DNA of 63,894 nt, filler included, from an uncultured bacterium (GTDB lineage: Bacteria > CAYJRR01), in the NCBI GenBank assembly GCA_964372275.1. It is 4 parts of 4 records of this genome, joined end to end, with 100 filler letters (N's around TTAATTAATTAA, not from the genome) between each part and the next. Parts side by side here need not be neighbours in the genome. Positions count along the whole stretch, not along the records: positions 39,750 to 58,876 come from CAYJRR010000089.1; 3 more parts are not named here. One strand, written 5' to 3'. The notes under the pieces are model-generated. The model did no database searches, had not been told where the DNA came from, and saw nothing but the letters and a program-made list of their open reading frames with translations. Positions 48,534 to 56,767 of this stretch are shown here, one piece after another. How positions within the stretch are numbered: position 1 is the first letter of the stretch; every line of letters begins with the position of its first letter. Made by a program: the position numbers and the translations under genes.

Positions 48534-49243
48534 GCGGCGTCCTGGTCGTCGTTCCCACCTACAACGAGCGGGAGAACCTTCCGGTCCTGGCCGGCGAGCT
48601 GCGCCGCCACCTGCCGCAGGCAGCCCTGCTCGTGGTCGACGACGGATCGCCCGACGGAACGGGGGAGGAGGCCGATCGACTCGCGGCGGAGCGGCCGGCG
48701 GAGGTGCACGTCCTCCACCGTGCGGGGAAGCAGGGACTCGGGAAGGCCTACCTCGCCGGTTTCCGCTGGGCGCTCGAACGAGGGTACGACCGGATCGTCC
48801 AGATGGACTGCGACTTCAGCCACGACCCGGGGACCGTTCCACGGCTCCTCGCCGCGCTCGACGGCGGGGCCGACCTGGCGCTCGGAAGCCGCTACGTTCC
48901 GGGTGGCGCGACGGTGAACTGGGGGATCGGCCGGAAGCTCCTGAGTCGCGGCGGCAGCGCCTACGCGCGGACGATCCTGGGGATTCCGTATCGCGACCTG
49001 ACCGGCGGCTTCAAGGCCTGGCGACGCGAGCTGCTGGCGCGCGTCCCGCTGGACTCGATCGCCGCGGAGGGGTACTGCTTCCAGATCGAAATGACCTACC
49101 GCGCGCATCGACTCGGCGCGACCGTCCGAGAAGTCCCGATCGTCTTCGTCGATCGCCGGGTCGGACAGTCGAAGATGTCCAGGCGGATCGTGCTGGAGGC
49201 GGTCGCGCACGTGTGGCGGATCCGGGGGTCGACGGCGACGTGA
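48530..49243 (+). CDS. GT2 polyprenol-phosphate sugar (mannose-type) synthase
   Basis: VPTYNERENL, VDDGSPDGT, GLGKAY, QMDCDFSH, GSRY, DLTGGF, GYCFQIE, FVDRRVGQSKM. Confidence 0.92.
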   Translation: MSGVLVVVPTYNERENLPVLAGELRRHLPQAALLVVDDGSPDGTGEEADRLAAERPAEVHVLHRAGKQGLGKAYLAGFRWALERGYDRIVQMDCDFSHDPGTVPRLLAALDGGADLALGSRYVPGGATVNWGIGRKLLSRGGSAYARTILGIPYRDLTGGFKAWRRELLARVPLDSIAAEGYCFQIEMTYRAHRLGATVREVPIVFVDRRVGQSKMSRRIVLEAVAHVWRIRGSTAT

Positions 49244-50679
49244 AGGGCCCCGTGATCCTGGCGATCCTGTTCGCGCTGTTCCGGTTCCCCTTGACGGTGG
49301 CGCTCGAGCTCTCCCCCGACGAGGCCTACTACTGGCTCTGGTCCGAGCGGCTCGACCTGTCCTACTTCGACCACCCGCCGATCGTCGCCTGGTGGATCCG
49401 ACTTTCGACCGCCGTGTTCGGACGATCGGAGGCGGCGATCCGGCTCCCGGCGATCGCCTGCGGGATCGTGGTTCCGGTCGCCGCCGCCTATGCCGCGCGG
49501 ATCCTGTCGCCGCCGTCTCGACGGGACACCGCGGGCCTGGCGACCGCGTTGATCGTCTGCGCCATGCCGCTGATGCATGCCGGGTCGGTGGTGATCACCC
49601 CCGACTCCCCGGCTGCGGCCGCCTGGGCGGTGGCGCTCGCCGCCGTCGCCGCCGCGCTCGCGGGTCGGACCGGCGCCTGGTACGTCGCCGGCCTCGCGAT
49701 CGGGATCGGACTGTTGGCGAAGTACACGGTGATCGCCTTCGTCGCGTCGATCGGCCTGTTCCTCCTCGCCGACCGGGAGGCGCGCGCCCACCTCCGGACG
49801 GTCCATCCCTGGGCGGCGCTGGCGCTGGGGGGGCTCCTCTTCGCGCCCGTCGTCGTCTGGAACGCCGGCCACGACTGGGTCTCGTTCCGCTTCCAGCTCG
49901 ACCACGGCGCGGGGGCGGGCCGGGGCGGAGGCCTCGCGGCGCTCGCGGAGTACCTCCTGGCCCAACTCCTCCTGGTCACCCCGATGGTCGCGATCCTGGT
50001 GGTGCGTCACATTCGTCAGGGCGGGGTTGCCGCGAGCCGGCAGGGGGACCGGCTGCTGGCGTTCTCCGTCGTTCCCACGTTCCTGCTGTTCGCGGTGACC
50101 TCGCTTCGAAGCCCCGCCGAGGCGAACTGGCCGGCCTTCGCCTATCTCGGCGCGGCGGTGATCGCCGGGCTTTCGCTCGCGCGCGCACGCGAAGGGGAGG
50201 GAGGACGCTCGGTGGCGGCGCTCTACCGCAGCGCGGTCGTGGTGGGCGTGGCCGCATCGATCCTGCTTTCGGTCCATGCCGTGCAGCCGCTGGTGCGAAT
50301 CAAACGCGATCGGCTCAAGCGCGAGTTCCACGGCTGGTCGGCGCTGGCGGCCGCGGTCGACGCCGAAGCGGGACCCGACGTCGCGGTGTTCGCCGACTCC
50401 TACCGGACCGCCGCGGAGCTCGCCTACTACGGCGCGCCGAGGGCCGCGGTCGGCGTCCTGCGGAGAAAGCGATCGCGCGCCTCGATGTTCGACCTGTGGC
50501 CGGCCCCCGAGATCGCCCCGGGCGGGGACGCGGTCTACGTCGGCTCGCGCCGCCGGCGGAAGGTCCCTTCGGCATGGCGTCCCCGCTTTGCCGCGGTCGA
50601 GTCGCGTACCCTTCCGCCGGGAGTACGGGGCACGCTGTGGCGCCTCCGTGGATACCAGGCGACGGAGGGTGCGCCGTGA
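49240..50679 (+). CDS. ArnT/GT39-like membrane glycosyltransferase
   Basis: PDEAYYWLW...SYFDHPP, ITPDSP, GLLAKY, PVVVWN..HDW.SFRFQ; many TM helices. Confidence 0.9.
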   Translation: MKGPVILAILFALFRFPLTVALELSPDEAYYWLWSERLDLSYFDHPPIVAWWIRLSTAVFGRSEAAIRLPAIACGIVVPVAAAYAARILSPPSRRDTAGLATALIVCAMPLMHAGSVVITPDSPAAAAWAVALAAVAAALAGRTGAWYVAGLAIGIGLLAKYTVIAFVASIGLFLLADREARAHLRTVHPWAALALGGLLFAPVVVWNAGHDWVSFRFQLDHGAGAGRGGGLAALAEYLLAQLLLVTPMVAILVVRHIRQGGVAASRQGDRLLAFSVVPTFLLFAVTSLRSPAEANWPAFAYLGAAVIAGLSLARAREGEGGRSVAALYRSAVVVGVAASILLSVHAVQPLVRIKRDRLKREFHGWSALAAAVDAEAGPDVAVFADSYRTAAELAYYGAPRAAVGVLRRKRSRASMFDLWPAPEIAPGGDAVYVGSRRRRKVPSAWRPRFAAVESRTLPPGVRGTLWRLRGYQATEGAP

Positions 50680-51860
50680 TCAAGCGGATCGGCCGCTATC
50701 TGCTCCTGGTGGTCGTGCTCGCCGCGGCGGTGGTGATCGTCGACGCGCTGCGGGTGAAGCTGCCGATCGGATTGCCGGGCGCTCCGGTCGGCGGCGAGAT
50801 CACCGGCGCGATCCACGTGCACACCATGGCGTCGGACGGCGGGGGATCGATCGACGACGTCGTCTCCGCCGCGAAATGGGCCGACCTGTCGTTCGTGGCG
50901 ATCACCGACCACAACGCCGCGCTCGCCGCCGACGTGGCGGGGACCGACCGGAGCCACGTGCTGCTCGTCGGCGGCGAGGAGGTCTCGAGCCCCTCGGGAC
51001 ACTTCCTGGCCCTCGGCGTGACCCCCGGATGGCGCGCCGGCGTGCCGAAAAAAACGGCGCCGCTGCTCGAGGCGGCGAAGCGGGCGAACGCCGCCGTCTT
51101 CGTCGCGCACCCGTTCGGCACCCGTCGCGACTGGGAGGATTGGGAGACGACCGACTTCGACGGGATGGAGATCTGGAACGGCGATGCGGAGTGGCGCGAC
51201 AACAACCTCCTCGAGCTCCTGATGTCGGCGCTGATCTACACGGTGAATCCGGACCTGGCGATGGTGCGGCTCGCCGACCGTCCCGAGGCGGCGCTCGCCA
51301 AATGGGACGAGCTCCTCGCCACGCGCCGGGTCGCCGGCATCTGCGGCGCCGACGCGCACGCGCGCGTTCCGATCGCGTTCGGCCGATCGGTCGGATTCCC
51401 GGCATACCTGCGCGTCTTTCGCCTGGCGCGGCAGCACGTCTTCCTTCCCTACGGCTCGGAGATCGATCCGGCGGCGCGAAGCGCCGACGCGGTGGTGCGC
51501 GCGCTGAAGGAGGGGCGGAGCTATTGCGCGATCGACGGCCTGGCGATTGCGAGCGGGTTCGTCCACCGCATCGAAAGCGGCGAGCGCTCGGCGGGACCGG
51601 GCGAGGCGATCGCGTGGACGAAGGGGAGCCGGCTTCGGGTGTCGATCTCGCCGGCCGGAGGTCGTCCGAGGATCCGGGTCTACAAGGACGGAATCGAGAC
51701 GTTCGACCGGCGCGGGTGGCGGCTCGACGCGGAGCTTCCCGGCCCCGGTGTCTACCGGACCGAGGTCTGGTTGCGGCAGCCCGGGATCACCGGCGGACAA
51801 CGCTGGTCCCCCTGGATCCTCTCCAACCCGATCTACGTCACCGACGGGCCGCCGCGGTGA
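50676..51860 (+). CDS. Membrane-anchored PHP-family metallophosphoesterase
   Basis: N-terminal TM; HVHT..SDG, ITDHN, GEE, GHFL, VAHP, GADAH; SNPIYV end. Confidence 0.85.
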   Translation: MIKRIGRYLLLVVVLAAAVVIVDALRVKLPIGLPGAPVGGEITGAIHVHTMASDGGGSIDDVVSAAKWADLSFVAITDHNAALAADVAGTDRSHVLLVGGEEVSSPSGHFLALGVTPGWRAGVPKKTAPLLEAAKRANAAVFVAHPFGTRRDWEDWETTDFDGMEIWNGDAEWRDNNLLELLMSALIYTVNPDLAMVRLADRPEAALAKWDELLATRRVAGICGADAHARVPIAFGRSVGFPAYLRVFRLARQHVFLPYGSEIDPAARSADAVVRALKEGRSYCAIDGLAIASGFVHRIESGERSAGPGEAIAWTKGSRLRVSISPAGGRPRIRVYKDGIETFDRRGWRLDAELPGPGVYRTEVWLRQPGITGGQRWSPWILSNPIYVTDGPPR

Positions 51861-54319
51861 CGCGCCGGCGCGGCTCCGAGTGGGTGCCCCTCGCTCGCGC
51901 GACGTACGCGGCGGCGGGTCTGTTCGCGGTCCTGCCCGCGATCCCGGTCGTCGCGGTCGGCAGCCTGCTTTCGCCGCGATGGCGCGCGGGTCTCGGGGAG
52001 CGATTGGGATCGATTCCGCCGGGAGTCGACGCGGCCCGGGCGCGCGTCCCCCGGATCTGGATCCACGCCGCGTCGATCGGCGAGGTGCGGGCCGCGCACC
52101 CGTTGCTCGCCCGGCTGCGACAGGAGCGGCCGGAGGCCGGAATCTACCTCACCACGACCACCCCCGAAGGGGCGAACACGGCAAGGGCGTTGCGTCTCGC
52201 CGACGGGGTGGGGCTCCTTCCGGTCGATCTGCCCGGCCTTCCGGGGCGGCTGTTCGACCGGCTGCGACCGGACGCGTTGGTGCTGCTCGAGACGGAGTTG
52301 TGGCCCGAACTCCTTCATGCGGCGCGCCGGCGATCGATCCCCGCGCTGGTCCTGAACGGTCGGCTCTCGCAGAGGTCGTTCCGCCGGTACCGCTGCGTCC
52401 GCGGGCTTCTCGCTCCGGTTCTCGACGACGTGACGGTCTTCGCGATGCAGGGGGAGGAGGATCGGAACCGGCTCCTCGCGCTGGGGGCCGACCCGGCCCG
52501 GGTCCTGCTCCACGGAAACCTCAAGTACGACGCGCTCGACCTTCCGCCCCCTTCTCCACCCGCGGCGCTTGGCCCCCTCGCCTCGGAACGGACCTGGATC
52601 GCCGGCTCGACCCACGACGGGGAGGAGGCGGCCGTCGCCGAAGCCTACCGGCGTCTCCGCGGCCGGCTGCCGGATCTCCGCCTGGTCGTTGCGCCCCGCC
52701 ATCTCCGCCGTGTCGGCGACGCGCGGCGGGCGCTCGAGGAGCGGGGGATCGAGGTCGTCCTCCGTTCCGCGCTGGGGAACGTGTCGCCACCACCGGGGTG
52801 CGCGATCCTGTTGGACACGACGGGAGAGTTGGCCGGCGCCTACGCCGTCGCCACCGCCGTCTTCGTCGGCGGAAGCCTGGTTCCGCGCGGCGGACACAAC
52901 CCGCTGGAGCCGCTGGCCCACGCGCGCCCGGTCGCCTTCGGTCCGCACACGCACAACTTCCGCGAGGTGACGTCGGCGGTGTTGTCCTCCGGGGGAGGGC
53001 GCGTCGTCGCCGCGCCGCCGTGGTCCGACGAACGGCCGTCGCGCGCGGCGGTCGATCGAACCGGGGAGGCGCTCGCGGCGGCGATGGAGGAGTGGCTGGC
53101 CGACCCGGCGTCCGCCCGGCGCGTCGGCACCGCGGCGCGCGCGGCGATCGTCGCGCGACACGGCGCGGTGGAGGCCGCGCTCCGCCTCCTGGAGCGAGCG
53201 CTGGGACCTTCCGATCGGGGAGCGGCGCGCCCGCGGGACCCCGATTGGCTCGGTCTCGAGCGCCGTCCGTTCGCGCGCGCCGCCGCCACCGTGGCCGCGT
53301 CGTGCTACGGCGCGGCGGTCGCCGTCCGCGGCTGGGCCTATGCGGCCGGCGCCTGGCCGTCGGCGCGCGCCGCCGTGCCGGTCGTCTCGGTCGGGGGCTT
53401 GACGGTCGGTGGAGCAGGAAAGACGCCGGCGGTCGTCGAGCTCGCGCGGCGTCTTCACGCGCGCGGGCGCCGGCCGGCGATCCTCTCCCGCGGCTACGGC
53501 GGGGCCGTGGGCGCGGTACCGCGGATCGTCTCCCGCGGAGGATGGGCGACCACCGACGCGCACTCCGATCCCGCCGCGTCCGACCCGGCCACGGTCGGGG
53601 ACGAACCGCTGCTGATCCGGTCGCGCCTCCCGCAGGTGGCGGTGGTGGTCCACCCGGATCGCGTCGCCGCGGCGGAGGTGGCATGCGACCTGGGGGCCGA
53701 CGTCCTGCTGCTCGACGACGGGCTCCAACATCGCCGGATCCGGCGCGATCTGGAGATCGTCCTGCTCGACGCCCGGCATCCGTTCGGCAACGGACGGCTC
53801 CTGCCGGCCGGGCCGATGCGCGAGGGTCCCGCGCGGCTTCGCGCGGCCGACCTCGTGATCCTGACGCGCGCGAACGTCGCCGGCGGGTCCGCGACCGCGC
53901 GTGCCCAAGCGCGCGTCGTCCTTTCCACCGATGCGCCGATCGCCCGGTTCGCCCACCGCCTCGGCGGGCTCCACCGCCACGGCGGGCGGACGCAAGGCGC
54001 GCGGGCTTTCGCCTTCGCCGGGATCGCCGATCCCGACGGCTTTTTCGAGATGCTCCGCGCGTCGGGCGCGACGCTCGCCGGGACGCTCGCCTTCCGCGAT
54101 CACGCCGCCTACGGCGGAACCGAGGTTGCGGCGATCGAGCGGGAGGCCGCGGCGTGTGGCGCCGACCTGTTGATCACGACGGAGAAGGACGCGGTCCGCT
54201 TCCCGGGAACGACGTGGCCCCTGTTGACCGCGATCCTCTCGTTCGAACCGATGGAACCGTCGGACGCCGCGGTCGTCGATTCCGCGCTCGATCGCGTGCT
54301 GCGCTCGCGGTCCGTCTGA
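51857..54319 (+). CDS. waaA-lpxK: Fused Kdo transferase (WaaA/KdtA) and tetraacyldisaccharide 4'-kinase (LpxK)
   Basis: WIHAASIGE, ETELWP, GSTH.GEE, APRH, GGHNPLEP, then in the same frame VGGLTVGGAGKTP, SRGYG, GDEP, DDGLQH, TTEKD. Confidence 0.9.
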   Translation: MTRRRGSEWVPLARATYAAAGLFAVLPAIPVVAVGSLLSPRWRAGLGERLGSIPPGVDAARARVPRIWIHAASIGEVRAAHPLLARLRQERPEAGIYLTTTTPEGANTARALRLADGVGLLPVDLPGLPGRLFDRLRPDALVLLETELWPELLHAARRRSIPALVLNGRLSQRSFRRYRCVRGLLAPVLDDVTVFAMQGEEDRNRLLALGADPARVLLHGNLKYDALDLPPPSPPAALGPLASERTWIAGSTHDGEEAAVAEAYRRLRGRLPDLRLVVAPRHLRRVGDARRALEERGIEVVLRSALGNVSPPPGCAILLDTTGELAGAYAVATAVFVGGSLVPRGGHNPLEPLAHARPVAFGPHTHNFREVTSAVLSSGGGRVVAAPPWSDERPSRAAVDRTGEALAAAMEEWLADPASARRVGTAARAAIVARHGAVEAALRLLERALGPSDRGAARPRDPDWLGLERRPFARAAATVAASCYGAAVAVRGWAYAAGAWPSARAAVPVVSVGGLTVGGAGKTPAVVELARRLHARGRRPAILSRGYGGAVGAVPRIVSRGGWATTDAHSDPAASDPATVGDEPLLIRSRLPQVAVVVHPDRVAAAEVACDLGADVLLLDDGLQHRRIRRDLEIVLLDARHPFGNGRLLPAGPMREGPARLRAADLVILTRANVAGGSATARAQARVVLSTDAPIARFAHRLGGLHRHGGRTQGARAFAFAGIADPDGFFEMLRASGATLAGTLAFRDHAAYGGTEVAAIEREAAACGADLLITTEKDAVRFPGTTWPLLTAILSFEPMEPSDAAVVDSALDRVLRSRSV

Positions 54320-54331
54320 CGGTCGATCGGA

Positions 54332-54814
54332 TCAGCGGCGCGTGCCGGCGCCGGCGGACGACGAGCGCTCCGGGGTCGACGAGTCCTGGGTCGTCCCGCG
54401 CGGCGCGTTGGAACCGCAGCCGGCCGTTCCGGTCTGCATCGGCTTCTTGGCGAGACGCAGAGTGATCGGCGCACCCTCTGGACGAAAGCCCAACGACGTC
54501 CCCACGTGGAGGTAGACGCCGGGCGCGACCATGCTCTCGTAGTAGACGTCGGCGAGGTCGACTTTCGCGCCGTCGACCCGGACGATCGGCAGACCGGTTG
54601 CGAGGTCCGCCTCGACGACCGTCACGTTCGCCGGCTTGAACGGATGGAGCGACGGACGGAGCGCGATCGACGGGGCCATCCGCATTGCGCGGGCCGCCTC
54701 GCCGACGCGGGCGAACAGCGGCTTGGCGAGCCACTCGTTGGTGAAGGCCGATGCCGTCGCGGAGACGATCAGCGCGGCGGCGACGACGATTCCGGTACAG
54801 CGGACGGTCCTCAT
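54332..54814 (-). CDS. Secreted hypothetical protein
   Basis: GGGAGG RBS, signal peptide ending ASA, sigma54 motif upstream. Confidence 0.6.
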   Translation of the reverse strand: MRTVRCTGIVVAAALIVSATASAFTNEWLAKPLFARVGEAARAMRMAPSIALRPSLHPFKPANVTVVEADLATGLPIVRVDGAKVDLADVYYESMVAPGVYLHVGTSLGFRPEGAPITLRLAKKPMQTGTAGCGSNAPRGTTQDSSTPERSSSAGAGTRR

Positions 54815-54849
54815 GACGTTTCCTCCCGTGTGAGTCTGAACGCGCCTTC

Positions 54850-54865
54850 AGCAATGGCCGTGCCG
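54850..54865 (-). promoter_or_regulatory. Sigma54 (-24/-12) promoter
   Basis: Minus strand CGGCACGGCCATTGCT, GG-N10-GC, 35 nt before the ATG. Confidence 0.7.
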
Positions 54866-54989
54866 CGCGAGGGCGCGCGACCGGATCGCGATCGGGAAGG
54901 TGTTTTTCGCCGCCGCCGCGACCGTGCCGGCGGGCCGGTGCGTCGGCTGCGGCATCGTCTCGTCAGGCGTTGGGAGCGCGAGTAGCCAG

Positions 54990-56738
54990 TCAACCGCCGG
55001 TCGATCTCCACCAGGAGAGGTCGATCGTCGGGAAGAGATCGTCTCGACGCGTCAGCTCCTCGAACCACGCGGTCGCGCCGGGATCGGGCGGGGCCCCCTC
55101 CAGCGCGCGCACGGCGATGCCGTGGAGGCGGTCGATCTCCTCCGCGTGCTGGGCGAAGCGCTGCTCGGCGTAGTCGGCGGCGGCGACGGTGGTGATCAGG
55201 AACTGCCAGTCGCTCGCCTCGAGGAGCAGGAGCTGGCGCGCCAGCTGTTCGAGATAGGGCCGGGCCTCGGGCGGCGGCGCGCTTCCGGCCTTCTGAATCA
55301 GCCGCACCACCTTGTCCTCGGCGTCGTAGATCCGTTTCCACGTCCACTGGGTCCGCGGATTGAACCAGACCCAGTGTCCGCCCCCTTCGCCCCACGACCC
55401 TTCCGGCAGGCGGACGACCTCCTTCGGCGGATTGGCGTCCAGGAGCTCCGAACCGGTGACGACCGAAACGTCGGAACGAGCGAAGGTGCGGAAGACCTGC
55501 TCGATCCACCGCGGGCCCTCGAACCACCAGTGGCCGAACAGCTCGGTGTCGAACGGCGCCGCGACGACGCCGGGGGTCCCGGTGCGCTCGCGGTGCTTGC
55601 CCAGGATTCCGGAGACGACGGAGACGAAGTGGTCGGCGTGGGTCCGGATCCGGGCGAGGACGGGCTCCGGATCGTAGATCTCCTTGGCGCCGAGATCGGA
55701 CTTCGCGCTCGTCACCCGCCAGTATTGGTGACCGGAGGGGAACGCCTTCTTGTGGAACTCGCGGTAGGCGCCGTCGCCGGGATAGCCGTGCTCACCGCTC
55801 CAGACCTGCAGGCTGGTGTCGGGGTCCCGCGTGAGGATGCCCAACGCGCCGTCGACCTTCCGCCCGGCGGTCGCGGCGCTCGACGCGGCGTAGACCTCCT
55901 GCGGCGTCACCGGACCCCGGCTGCCCGTGGCGCCGCCGCGGTTCCTGCCCGCCTCGGAGGCGGGCAGGAGCTCGCGCAGGATGCCGTGCCGGTCGGCGTA
56001 GACGCCGAGGGTCTCGCCCCCCTTCAGAAGGTGCGTGTCGACGACCGTGAACCGGAGACCCCGCTCGAGGAGGAACTCGTCGACGCCGCGGCGAGGGAAC
56101 GCGCTGCCGCCGTTCCCGCCGATCGGCCGGGTCCAGGGTCCGGCCGGGCGGTAGGCGCATTCCGGCATCCACACGCCCGCCGCCTTCCGTCCGAAGCGCG
56201 CCGCGTAGGACGCCTGCCCGAGCGCCACCTGGGCGTTCACGCACTCGTCGCGCCCGAGGAGCGGGAGGTAGCCGTGCGTCGCGGCGCAGGTGATCACCTC
56301 CAACTGCCCCTCGTCCTGCAGACGGCGAAACGCTCCGACGAGGTCGGCGCGGTACGGTCCCCGGAACCGCTCCCGCACGCGCCGGTACTCGTCGGCGAAG
56401 GTCGCCGCCAGCCGCTCGAGCTTGGGGCTCCCGGTCCGGGCGAAGGTCTGCTTGTCCTCGTCGGCGGCGGCAGCGCGCGCGCGGCAATAGCCCTCGAACT
56501 CCGCCGGGAAGGAGGGGTGGGCGAGCATCTCGGCGAGGACCGGCGTGATCCCGATCGTCACCTTGGGCGCGATGCCGTCGGCCGCGAGACGGTGGAACGC
56601 ATCGAGGAGAGGGACGTAGCACTCGGCCGCCGCCTCCATCAGCCAGCTGGTGCCGTGCGGCCACGTTCCGTGGTTCGTGACCCACGGAAGGTGCGAATGG
56701 AGGACGAGAACGAAGCTGCCTTTCGATTGAATCGCCAT
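54990..56738 (-). CDS. GH57 1,4-alpha-glucan branching enzyme (DUF1957 type)
   Basis: VLHSHLP, ATHGYLP, WMPECAY, QVWS...GYPGD..YREFH, PFDTELFGHWWFEG, ASDWQF. Confidence 0.93.
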   Translation of the reverse strand: MAIQSKGSFVLVLHSHLPWVTNHGTWPHGTSWLMEAAAECYVPLLDAFHRLAADGIAPKVTIGITPVLAEMLAHPSFPAEFEGYCRARAAAADEDKQTFARTGSPKLERLAATFADEYRRVRERFRGPYRADLVGAFRRLQDEGQLEVITCAATHGYLPLLGRDECVNAQVALGQASYAARFGRKAAGVWMPECAYRPAGPWTRPIGGNGGSAFPRRGVDEFLLERGLRFTVVDTHLLKGGETLGVYADRHGILRELLPASEAGRNRGGATGSRGPVTPQEVYAASSAATAGRKVDGALGILTRDPDTSLQVWSGEHGYPGDGAYREFHKKAFPSGHQYWRVTSAKSDLGAKEIYDPEPVLARIRTHADHFVSVVSGILGKHRERTGTPGVVAAPFDTELFGHWWFEGPRWIEQVFRTFARSDVSVVTGSELLDANPPKEVVRLPEGSWGEGGGHWVWFNPRTQWTWKRIYDAEDKVVRLIQKAGSAPPPEARPYLEQLARQLLLLEASDWQFLITTVAAADYAEQRFAQHAEEIDRLHGIAVRALEGAPPDPGATAWFEELTRRDDLFPTIDLSWWRSTGG

Positions 56739-56767
56739 CTAGACCCACCCGTTCATCGAATCGCCGC

